Shown here: positions 25,608 through 36,809 of the stretch, piece by piece | Numbering within the stretch: position 1 is the stretch's first letter | Layout of the letters: every line of letters begins with the position of its first letter | NCBI RefSeq assembly: GCF_006345805.1 | Contig: NC_042997.1 | Location: 49,290,001-49,354,000 of the forward strand | Direction of reading: 5' to 3' | Source: Octopus sinensis | Lineage: Eukaryota | Length of the DNA stretch: 64,000 nucleotides | Position numbers and translations under genes: made by a program | Notes under the pieces: generated by a model | What the model was told of the DNA's origin: nothing | Seen by the model: the letters and a program-made list of their open reading frames with translations, nothing else | The model's database searches: none

Positions 25608-25880
25608 AACTTAAGAATTGTAGTTATGTCTCTTGTAGCCATTCTTTTAAACAGGCTCTTCCGGTAAAATCTCAGATCAGGAATTCTTAATTTTCGAGTA
25701 ACCCTATTTTACCTATGCTACTGATGACCATTCCACATCAGACCAACTTAAGAATTGTAGCTATGTCTCTTGTAGCCATTCTTTTAACAGGCCCTTCCGG
25801 TAAAATCTCAGATCAGGAATTCTTAATTTTCGAGTAACTCTATTTTACCTATGCTACTGATGACCATTCCACATCAGACC
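25608..25880. repeat. Tandem duplication of a 137-bp unit
   Basis: Units 25608-25744 and 25745-25880 differ by 3 substitutions and 1 indel. Confidence 0.95.
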
Positions 25881-27689
25881 AAACTTCTTAGACAGTATAG
25901 CAACTAATTAATGTTACTCGAGATGAGATGGAGTGAGGGCAGCACTGGCCAATATATTTGAGAACTGAATTTAATTTCATGGACCCAAACGATTTATCAT
26001 TCAACATCTCCGAGACTCACCGATTCCACGTATCAGGTTGTGTTTTTAGTAACTTCTTACTACTTGTGAACATGGAACAAAATTATTCTAGTTATTTTTG
26101 TCATTTTTGTCAGTTGTAGTCATTTTTAGGAAGCCTGCTGGTGAAAGAGGTCCTTAAAAGCAATACTTTTCGAGGCGGCATTTCATGTAATGAATATCTG
26201 CATTTCGAGATATAATCGTCAGTGCGAGTACATCGTAAATAACATGCAATATGTGACTGGTTGGCAACGGCAGCAACAAGTGGAGGCGCAATGGTCTAGG
26301 CAGCGAACTCGCGGTCGGAGGATCGCGGTTTCGATTCCCTTAAAGATTCTTCGGTGTGTCATCACAGGAACGACCCGTTTGAAATCGCGAAGCAGTCATT
26401 TAAAATTCAAGACATTGTTCGAAGAAGCTTTTCTTCGTCAAGAAAAGTTATTGATGAAATATTGGATCAGAAATAGCAAGTATACTAACAACTGGTTGTG
26501 TTTACTGTTATATCTCCAAACATTTTTTTCAACATCATCTATAACACTAGTATTGTTAAGTTTTCTGATGGTGAATATTCGATTGCTATGTAAGAAAGAA
26601 AACGCTTTAATTTATTAAAATTTTGATATGCTATTAATCAGTTTAAAAAGTATCCATGTTTCAATTTTTATGAATTCTTTAGAGCCTCACTAAATCCGGG
26701 ACACACATACATATTATTTCTGCTTTAAAATTCCGAAAATGTCTTGTTATTATTGGGTGATAAAAAGCAACTACAAATGAGAAATCCCGTATTGCTTTAG
26801 GGGCCTTTAAAAATGTTCAGATCTCAACATTTATATTCCTTTAATTCAATATTTTTCCATTTTGGGATATTGATTTCAAATATTAGCATAAGGCCAGCAA
26901 GTTCGGGGGATGGGGTAAAGTCGTTTGGTTACTTCGACTCCAGTGCTCAATTGGTACTTATAGTATCGACTCCGAAAGCATGAAGGGCGAAGTCGATCTC
27001 AGAGGAGTTTGAACTCAGAACATAAAGACGGACGAAATGCTGCTAAGCATTTTTTCCCGGCGTGCTAACGATTCTGCCAGCTCGCCCTCTAAAGCTCTTT
27101 TGGAATATAATAATGAAAAGTAACCAGTACCAAATTTACTTCATTCGACACGCTAGGATCACACGTGACACAGTCGTCCATTGGCCTTTAATAGGCTCAA
27201 TTATACATTGCCATTCACATGACTGAAGCGAAGAGTAGGATTCTAAAAAAACCTCAAGTCGAGTCCTCGTTCTTTTGAAGCATTGCCGAAAGCAATGGTC
27301 CGAGTAACTATGAGTATTTCTTTAATATATTTAATGATGTGGGAATTTCCCTCGTTTCTTTTACTGTTCAATACTTTTCAAGTTGAACAATATCGTTATC
27401 ATTCTAATAAAGTTTGGTTATTATTGTGTTGAAAAGCTACGTCAGATGAAAGATGGTGGATGGCTTTTCGCGTCATTATTATAGGCTTAAATTCACGCGC
27501 GCGCGCGCGTGTATGAGTACGTATGTAAAGTATTTAAAAGTGATTGGCACATGTATAGTGGGAATCCCTCGGCCATGAAGTTGTCTAACGGGTGGTGAAC
27601 GCCTTGGTCTTAAAAGAGCATAAACTCATAAAATTAAGCGTGTATGCATACACGTTATATATATATATATACATACATAGATAAAACTT

Positions 27690-28030
27690 ACTTGGAAAAG
27701 AATGCGTGGCGTTCGATCATATAATAATATAAATAATATATAAATATATGCATATATACCTACATATATGTACATACCTACATATATATGTATATATACA
27801 TGCATATATGGGTACAGGACATAAAAAAAAAACGTTAAACACAATGAGAAACGAAAACAGAAAACGAACTTTTTTTCAAACAACGAAAAAAAACAAACAG
27901 AGAAACGAGACATGCAACATAAAGAATATTCCCCTTCATCAGTTGTCCCTGTTTCGTCTACTCCGCGTTACGAAGGTAAGGACAAAATATATTGTCCTTA
28001 CCTTCGAATTTTCCGTTTAAATTTTAACAA
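27690..28030 (-). mobile_element. Dispersed repeat (family L) with a 15-bp perfect hairpin; probably Penelope-associated
   Basis: Colinear in reverse with 31640-32030 (ctgatga..gggga..tt, ttttctgttttcgtttc, gtcctgtac.., tatgcatgtatatatac). Hairpin at 27971-28006. Confidence 0.55.
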
Positions 28031-28477
28031 CTTTATTAAGAACCGAGTTGCTTCATTAGTACAGCAGTTAGTCAGACTTGGGACAATTTTGCGTTGTGGA
28101 GTGTTTTGCTTGTAGTAGATTGTTCTACTTATGTAGTAATTTCCTGATTTCTTAAAGTACAGGAATGAAAAAGAAAATTAACTTACTACACTTAGTCAAC
28201 GCTCCAAAGTATATTAGCTAAAAAGAGCTTTATGACAGATGATTGCAGCGACGGATGCTCCGATGACGAAAAACAACAGCTATCAGACATTACGTTCTCG
28301 ATTTTCTGCACGCTTCCCATAAATTATTGTCTACCTGCATGTATAAGCAATTGGTTTACTGATTTCTATAAACAAGATTGTCAGATTCGACGATCCTGCA
28401 AGGCAGCTTTGACTGTGGAGTCACATCGAAGTCGAAATACCAGACTGTTTCAACAAGCTCTTACATGGGGTGAATTA

Positions 28478-28885
28478 CTCTTTTACTCTTTTACTTGTTT
28501 CAGTCATTTGACTGTGGCCATGCTGGAGCACCGTTTTAGTCGAGCAAATCGACCCCAGGACTTATTCTTTGTAAGCCTAGTACTTATTCTATAGGTCTCT
28601 TTTACCGAACCGCTAAGTTACGGGGACGTAAACACACCAGTATCAGTTGTCAAGCGATGCTGGGGGGACAAACACAGACACACAAACGTATACACTCACA
28701 TACGTATAGATATACATATATACAACGGGCTTCTTTCAGTTTCCGTCTACCAAATCCACTCACAAGGCTTTGGTCGGCCCGAGGCTATAGTAGAAGACAC
28801 TTGCCCAAGGTGCCACGCAGTGGGACTGAACCCGGGACCATGTGGTTGGTAAGCAAGCTACTTACCACACAGCCCCTCCTACATT
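28478..28885 (-). mobile_element. SINE family A, full length
   Basis: Near-identical to the other young family-A copies. Confidence 0.92.
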
Positions 28886-29222
28886 ATGAATATACATCGT
28901 CTGAAGGGAGGGCTGAAGTTCGCCGATAGCAACAAGGATCACATATGAAATAGTTTCAATCAGTAATAATCTCATCTGAATAATGCGACGAGCAGTATTT
29001 GTAAACTTGATACAAAGTATATAAAGGATTTATTGAAAGAGACTTTTATCTTAAAGAGATAACAGAACCACAAGGTAACTAAGATCTTGCAGCGTTCACA
29101 AGTTATCTTAACAAGAGATCTTATCTATAAGCCTTGGTGGCGTGATTTAAAAGCAAGACTAGACGATCCAAATTTTAGACGAAGCTGATCTGAATTGTTC
29201 GTAAGTAGTTAAATATCTAATG

Positions 29223-31038
29223 CAAGAGTGTCAAACTCAATCGCACGGAGGGCCAAAACTCAAATCACACTTAAGGTTGCGAGCCGAACTGGATAAACAT
29301 TCATTAATCAATAGAAAGCTAAACCTTTTTTAAACAATGATAGGAATTAAAATAGACAAGAGTTAAAATAATAGCAAATCAAGGCAAAACCAAGTTAGGC
29401 TCTTTTGCCAATTTGTCAGAGCTGGATGTTTGGCATCTTTTCTTGACAACAAGTTCGTTTATGTTTGAAATAAGGTTCTGTGTTATGGAGAATCGCAAGA
29501 CGGGCTGCAGGTGTTCATCAGTGAGATGAATCCTGTGTAATGTTTTGTTAATCTTCATCACAGAGAACAGCTGCTCACACAGATATGTGCTAGCAAACAT
29601 GCTCAAGGTTCGAGCCACATGTTGACGAATCTGGGACATCTTTTTGGGAATGAAACGAGTGAATTGTGGAGGCCCCACAGTGTCATACTTTGCATTTAGT
29701 GTCATTACACTGCAGCTCTATGAGCTCCATCTGCAAATGTACAGGTGCAGTTTCCACGTCGATGGCAAATGGGTTGTAAAAGAGTTCGAAATTACTTTTC
29801 TCTTCTTCAATGTCACTAAAACGCCGTGAGAACTTAGCGCGAAGCGAGCTCAGCTTTTCGGCCAAGTATGCATTTGGGAACACCATGGTTCAACATTGCT
29901 TTGCAACAAGGAAAGTGAGACAAGTTGCATGGGTGCATTTGTGTCTCCCATATCCTCAGCTTCACTTTAAATATGCATCATGCATATCAGTGACTAAGTG
30001 GTCCCGTCTCTGGAGCTGCAGGTTCAAGACGTCGAGATGAGTGACGTCAGGCAGACACGCCAACTCACATTTCCACTTCTCATCCCGCAAAACCGTGGAG
30101 TCTTTTTCTTTGCTGTCCATGAACTGGCAGATTTCCTCGATCAGCAGAAAAACTCTGTGAACTTTCCCTCGACTTATCCACCGCAACTCTGTATGATAAG
30201 GCATGTCGCCGAACTCTGAATCTATTTCCTGCAAAAAAGACCGAAATTGGCGGTGATTTAAACTTTTGACTCTGATAAAGTTGACGGTTTGTGATACAGT
30301 GCTCATTACATGTTCCATGTTGAGGACTTTACCACACAGCGATCCTTGGTGTATGATGCAGCGATATGCTATCAACTCACTAGTACAGTCCTCCTGCATC
30401 TTTAACCGCATCTTTCCTACTAGTCCAAATTTTTCGCCGCACACCGGTGCTCCATTTGTTGTAGGTCGAACAGGTTTGCCTCAAGGCAGCTTCATGTCAG
30501 TTACACTTCGACATACGTTGTCAAAAATGTCTTTCCCTGTCGTTGTCTCATGCATAGACTTCATGTCCAATATTATTTCTTCTGTAACATTTAAACTGGA
30601 GTCCACTCCACGGATGAAGATCATTGCTTTCATCGTATCATTGCTTTCATCGACAGCAAGAGAGTATGCAGCAAAGTCTCTGCCTTTTTCAATCAGCTGT
30701 GTTTTCACATCAGTGGCCTTCTCACAAACTCGATCAGCTATTGTATTTCTGCTAAGGCTTACATTTGCAAACATTTGCTTTTTGTCTGGACACAAGACGT
30801 CATGCAGTTCTTCAGAAACTTTCCCTCAGTAAATGGTCGTGCTGATTTGGCGATCTTCTCTACCACAATAAAACTTGCTTTCACAGCAACTTCACTTTGC
30901 GATTTTGATTTGGAGAAAAACGTCTGCTGTGATGTTAAATTCCTCTGCAATTATTCTACCTTCCCTAGCTTTTATTCTGCATTCAAGTTTTTCGATTTGT
31001 CTTCATGATTAGTCTCGTAGTTCCGATTATATTCTTTG
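29223..31038 (-). pseudogene. Degenerate hAT transposon of the Charlie/SPIN (GTF2IRD2/EPM2AIP1-like) group; 3' TIR present, 5' end missing
   Basis: Frameshifted peptides: [69 protein letters not shown] (dimerisation domain). The terminus CAAGAGTGTCAAACTC resembles the CAGGGGTGTCAAAC ends of Charlie-type elements. Confidence 0.9.
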
Positions 31039-31065
31039 ATATATATATATATATATATATATATA

Positions 31066-31224
31066 CTTTATTTAAAGCAGCAGAAAATTCAACAAAACCT
31101 GTTACTCTGAGTTTCCCGTTGCCGTTCATCGGACAGTTTTTTTCTAGCAAAAACTGTCCGATGAACGGCAACGGGAAACTCAGAGTAACAGGTTTTGTTG
31201 AATTTTCTGCTGCTTTAAATAAAG
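31066..31224. repeat. Perfect 76-bp inverted repeat with a 7-nt loop
   Basis: Arm 31066-31141, loop TTCTAGC (31142-31148), arm 31149-31224. Confidence 0.97.
31149..31196 (+). ncRNA. Putative minimal type-I hammerhead ribozyme (mirrored on the minus strand at 31094-31141)
   Basis: Helix I AAAA-CUGU / ACAG-g-UUUU; core CCGAUGA; helix II aCG-GCAA-CGg; GAA; helix III ACU-CAG-AGU; cleavage triplet GUA at 31185-31187. Two departures from consensus: U4C and an A.G pair at 10.1-11.1. Confidence 0.6.
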
Positions 31225-32091
31225 CATATTACTCTACCACTGGTATTTGAGTACTCTTTTTTACACCTTTGCTTTACCTTCCCCTCTCTCTCTCTCTCTC
31301 TCCCTCTTCCTCATCTCTCTCTCAGCCGCGTGTCTTCCTCTCTCTCTCTCTCTCTCTCTCACTCCTCCTCACTTTTGTCACTGCTAATCCTTTTGCACGC
31401 TGCTTTCAAACCGTAAAGTCATGTTTCCATGCGCTTGCCAGAACCTCTTCCGTCCCAGCCAGAACAAAGGCCTTTTCGTTTGTTTTTCTCGTTTGTTTCC
31501 TTGTTTATTTTGATTCCTCGTATTGTATTTTATTTCTCGTTTTGTATTTTCTTGTACATGTATTTTTATCTTGTATTTTATGGTGCAGTTTTATTGTTAC
31601 GTCCTGTTTGTGTTACATTTTTTCGTGCTTGTTTTGACCCCTCTGCGAGGTTATTTTATTTTAATTCTCTCGCAGGAAGGCCTAGTATTGACGATTCGTG
31701 TCCTGTCTTGCCTTCGAAACACGCTTAAGTCTACTATCGACAGCTGATGATTGGGGATTTTCCTTGTGTAGCTTGTCCTGTACCTTGTTTTTCTGTTGTA
31801 AATAATGTTTTTCCTGTTTTCGTTCTCGTCCTGTTCCACGTCTCTGTCTTTCTGTTGTAAAAAAATGGCTTTTCCGTTTTTCGTTTCTGTTGAGTTCTTC
31901 GTCTTTTTGTGGTGTCCTGTACTTACGTATATATATTTATATATGCATGTATATATACATGTAGATGCACGTACATATATGTTTGTATGTATGCATATAT
32001 TTTATTTATTACACTATTGTCTGACAGCGCTTCGCGTCGGGTTCGTTCGATTCTTCGCTTCGTTCCGTTTCTTATCCTCCCAGTATTGTTT

Positions 32092-32157
<66 letters not shown>

Positions 32158-32159
<2 letters not shown>

Positions 32160-32335
32160 AATTCACAAAAAAATACAAAAGATTAAGACAGGTGGTGTAG
32201 ACAACAAACAGATGTATTAGTTTAACGCTCGGGAAGTGAAAAAGTCTTTAATGATTCGAACCTACGCTCTTTCACAGAAAGGGATACAGAAAAATAAAGA
32301 ATGTGTAGTGGCTAGTGATCTATCATGGCGAAAAC
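32158..32335 (-). mobile_element. Penelope-like terminal repeat relic (same family as 715-915)
   Basis: Minus strand reads ctttCTGTGAAA-GAGC-GTAG-GTTC-GAATC...aaagactttttcactt. Confidence 0.5.
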
Positions 32336-32347
32336 TTGACATATATG

Positions 32348-32508
32348 TGCGCAGGAGTGGCTGTGTGGTAAGTAGCTTGCTTACCAACAACATGGTCTCG
32401 GGTTCAGTTCCACCGTGTGCCACCTTGGGCCAGTGTCTTCAACTATAGCTTCGGGCCGACCAAAGCCTTGTGAGTGGATTTGGTAGACGGAGCTGAAAGA
32501 AGCCTGTC

Positions 32509-32570
<62 letters not shown>

Positions 32571-32766
32571 ATGTGTGTGTGTTTGTCCCCACAACATCGC
32601 TTGACAACCGATGCCGGTGTGTTTACGTCACCGTAACTTATCGGTTCGGCAAAAGAGAACGATAGAATAAGTACTAGGCTTACAAAGAATAAGTCCTGGG
32701 GTCGATTTGCTCGACTAAAGTTGGTGCTCCAGCATGGCCGCAGTCAAATGACTGAAACAAGTAAAA

Positions 32767-32807
<41 letters not shown>

Positions 32808-33205
32808 GGCGCAGGAGTGGCTGTGTGGTAAGTAGCTTGCTAACCAACCACATGGCTCCGGGTTCAGTCCCACTGCGTGGAATCTTGGGCAAGTGTCTTC
32901 TGCTATAGCCCCGGGCCGACCAATGCCTTGTGAGTGGATTTGGTAGACGGAAACTGAAAGAAGCCTGTCGTATATATGTATATATATATATGTGTGTGTG
33001 TTTGTGCGTTTGTCCCCCTAGCATTGCTTGACAACCGATGCTGGTGTGTTTACGTCCCCGTCACTTAGCGGTTCGGCAAAAGAGACCGATAGAATAAGTA
33101 CTGGGCTTACAAAGAATAAGTCCCGGGGTCGATTTGCTCGACTAAAGGCGGTGCTCCAGCATGGCCGCAGTCAAATGACTGAAACAAATAAAAGATAAAA
33201 GAAAG
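32348..33205 (+). mobile_element. Two head-to-tail full-length family-A SINEs joined by (TA)n
   Basis: Copy 1 at 32348-32770, (TA)n, copy 2 at about 32805-33205. Confidence 0.92.
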
Positions 33206-33930
33206 ATAAAAGATATATATATGTATATATTGTTACATTTTCCACACAAAGAGCGTTGATAAAGTTTTTATTTGTTTTTAGTGCACCACGAAGTAAAGGA
33301 TATGTTGAGAACTGCTGCCGTAGATACTATACAAGGTTAACAAGGACTCCGTTGGTTTCGAACAGGCCATATATCTATTAAATATAATCTCACCTGTAAT
33401 GCACATGGGTATCACCTTCGAAAACTTTATTGCATTATTTATTTGTTTCAAAGCAAATATTAGCAGTCTGAGAGAGAGATAGAGAGAGGACTTTCTAAAA
33501 GTTGGGAGTTTTACTAACCATAAATAGATCTGCCAATTCATGAAGACTACAAACTGATTTAACAACTAAGGGGCCAGTTAAGCTGTTTGTTCTTTATCTG
33601 TAACATTTTCTCTTTGGTTTTTGTTCCCATATTTTGTTCCCATACGTAAAGGGTATTAGATCCCTTTCTTAGTCTGTCTTAGCTTACCGCTTTCACACGG
33701 ACGTTTAAATAAATAACGACTCCCTTTTTAAGAGTTCATGGTTATAGTTGGGTAGATTTGACTGCTGTTTTCAGCATGTGTGACTGGTCTCGTTGAGTGT
33801 CATTGTTTAACCCCGAGATCAAACAACACTGGTCAAAATTTATTTAAAAGACAAAACAATATACATGATAACACTTCCAATCAGTTAAGATCAGCAGCCA
33901 TGATCTTTACTAATTATTATTATTATTATT

Positions 33931-35650
33931 CTATGTTTGACTTTTGCTTTATGTCTGTACAAGTTGGCTCCAAGTCTCACCCAGAGACCTCAAGAGACAA
34001 CAGGTTGGAAGTTCGGTGCCATATATTTGGGTTTTTTTTTTTTTTTGTGTGTGTTGTACTAGTGAATGTCTAATACATAAAAAAAAATAAATAAATAAAT
34101 AAAAAAGTTTGTTTTAAACCTTGGGATTACATAGAGAGTATTTTGCGTAGGATATGAGCAGTTCCCATGAGCACTATCTTTTGAATTTCTGCCATTTTGG
34201 GGTTTCCTGGTATCTGAGTTAGGTAGCAATCAGTCCCTTTCGCTATCATTCCCAGAGCACCTATGACAACAGGTATTGTTTTAGTCTTCAGCTTCCACAT
34301 TTTGCTGATTTCTATTTCAAGATCTTTATATTTGCTCAGTTTTTGGTAGGTCTTGACAGATACGTTTATATCGATTGGGACAGTCATATCAATGAGGAGG
34401 CATGTTCTTTGTCTGAAGTCTTTCAATATGATGTCTGGCCTATTTGCATCTATCTTCCTGTCAGTTTGAATGGTGAAGTTCCAGAGGAGTGAGATGTGGT
34501 CATTTTCAAGCACAGGAGGTGGATTGTGTTCCCACCAGTTTTTTCATGGGGCAAATCCAGATTTTTGCAAATTACCCAGTGAATATATTGTGCAGCTCTA
34601 TCATGCCTACTGAGGTACTCTGTAGGCGCTAGAAGACTGCAATTGGAGACAACATGATCACTGGTTTCATTTTGTTGTCGGCATACACGACATGTTGGGC
34701 TACTGCCGTTCTTTAATATGTTGGCCTGGTAGTTTCTTGTTGGTAGGCATTGATCTTGAGCTGCTATGATAAACCCCTCTGTTTCAGATTTTAAGCCAGA
34801 GGCCATTAGCCATTGATGGGTCAGGGCTTTGTCGATATCTGCATTATTCGCTCTCTTTGGGTATTTGCCATAGAGAGGTTTTTCTTGCCATTTATTATTC
34901 AGAATATCTAAGGCCGCAGTTTTGGCACGGGTTTTCATGCGCCTAGCTTTTTCTGTGCTTGTTTCTTGTATACCTATCTCTAATTCCGAAATTGGTTGTA
35001 TTCGGAATTCACTTAGATATTCCTTGCCTGTTTTGTGACTGAGTATGATGCTTTCTTGTTTTCATGTTTTGAGACAAGTTTTAACATCCAGTCCTCAGAG
35101 TTTTTCAGGTAGGTGTCTAGGCCAATTGTAGCAATCTTCATTGTTATTGCCAGTTGCAAAAGACCACGGCCTCCCTCTTTTCTTGGCAGATAGAGTCGTT
35201 CTGTATCTGCCTTAGGGTGGTGCATTCTATGCATTGTCAACAGTTTCCTTATTTTTCTGTCGAGCTGACATATTTCAGTAATTGACCAGTTAACAATATT
35301 GAAACTGTAAGTCACGACTGGTATGGCTAATGCATTGATCGCTTCGATCCTGTTTCTTGCATTCAGCTCTGTCTTGAGTATTGCTCTCACTCTTCGATAG
35401 CATTCTCTCCTGATCCTTTCCTTCATCTCTGAATGCCTTATTCCGTTCCCTTCAATTACCCCTAGGTACTTGTAGCTCTCCGCTGGGTCTAGTTCTTTTA
35501 TGACATTCTGTTAGTCAAGGTTAACGTTAGATGTTTCTGTCATTTTTCCCTTGATAAAGGTAGCCTTTGCACATTTATCGAGGCCGAATTGCATTCTGAT
35601 GTCGTCACTGAATTGTTTGACTATCGCTAGTAAGCCCTTGAGTTGTTGTG
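33931..35650 (-). mobile_element. 5'-truncated Dong/R4-clade non-LTR retrotransposon (end of RT, CCHC finger, restriction-like endonuclease, 3' UTR)
   Basis: QFGLDKCA; RLYLPRKEGGRGL; KSETEGFIIAAQDQCL; CRVC...ET..HVVSNC...RHD; RPDI...LID...KLSKYKDL...IPVVIGALG. Two frameshifts in the ORF track. The 3' end abuts (AAT)n at 33913-33930. Confidence 0.95.
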
Positions 35651-35731
35651 TTTGACTATCGCTAGTAAGCCTTATTATTATTATTATTTGACTATTATTA
35701 TTTGACTGTGTTTGACTATCGCTAGTAAGCC

Positions 35732-35769
<38 letters not shown>

Positions 35770-35775
35770 ATTATT

Positions 35776-36112
35776 ATGCCGATACACACAGATAGAGAAA
35801 TTAAGGCCAACAGACCAGATATAGTTGTCAGAGATCATGAAGAAAAAAAATGCTTTCTAATTGATGTATCAATACCGGCAGATGACAACGTTTCTCTACT
35901 ATGAGAGGAATTGTTTCTGTTTTTAGATTTCACATTCTGGTTACCTCTATTTCCAGGTCTTTGTATTTTGAAAGTTTCTCCATTTCTTTTAGAGACACGT
36001 TGTCATCTGCCGGTATTGATACATCAATTAGAAAGCATTTTTTTTCTTCATGATCTCTGACAACTATATCTGGTCTGTTGGCCTTAATTTCTCTATCTGT
36101 GTGTATCGGCAT
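35776..36112. repeat. 123-bp inverted repeat (1 mismatch) with a 91-nt spacer
   Basis: Arms 35776-35898 and 35990-36112. Confidence 0.95.
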
Positions 36113-36634
36113 ATCCCAGAGTATGGTTGCTTTCTCGTTTTCTGTGACCTTTTTTCTGTTGTTATTCCATAATGTTGGCATAGCTTCCAGTGTAAGTAGG
36201 TTCCAACTCTGTCATGTCTGTGAATATATTCCTTCTTAGCCAGGACTGGGCAGCTAGAGATAATATGATTTATTGTTTCTTGTCCATCTCCACATATTCT
36301 GCAGTTACTTGTAATATTTCTTTTCATTACATGTTTTTGGTAATTTCTGGTGGTCTTGTGCTGCAATTAAAAATCCCTCTGTTTCTGCTTTGAGTCCTGA
36401 GCTTCTCAACCATTGCTGGGATTTTTCTTTGTCTATTTCTTTTGCATTTAGTTTAGTCTAGTATTTACCATGAAGGGGCTTTTCTTGCCATAGTTTTATC
36501 ATGGTTCTTTGCTGTTCTATTTTTAGTTTGGATTTCATTTGTTCTATAGCTTTTGTTGTTTCTTCATCTTCTTCTTCTTCTTCTTCTTCTTCTTCTTCTT
36601 CTTCATATTTATTAGGTGGTATGATTTCTTGTTT

Positions 36635-36635
<1 letters not shown>
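35899..36635 (-). mobile_element. Second Dong/R4 fragment (distinct subfamily), 5'- and 3'-truncated
   Basis: WQEKPLHGKY, LKAETEGFLIAAQD, CRICGDGQETINHIISSC, RHD, RPDIVV...LID...KLSKYKDL. Contains an in-frame (GAA)n poly-Glu run, and its 5' end abuts (AAT)n. Confidence 0.92.
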
Positions 36636-36676
<41 letters not shown>

Positions 36677-36809
36677 GTAGTAGTAGTAGTAGTATAGTAG
36701 TAGTAGTAGTAGCAGTAGTAGTAGAAGTAGTAGTAATAGATGTTGTTTAACTCCAGGTCAGTTCTGCTAAGGCATTCCAGTCCTGACCATCTTGTTTTGT
36801 TTTTTTTAA

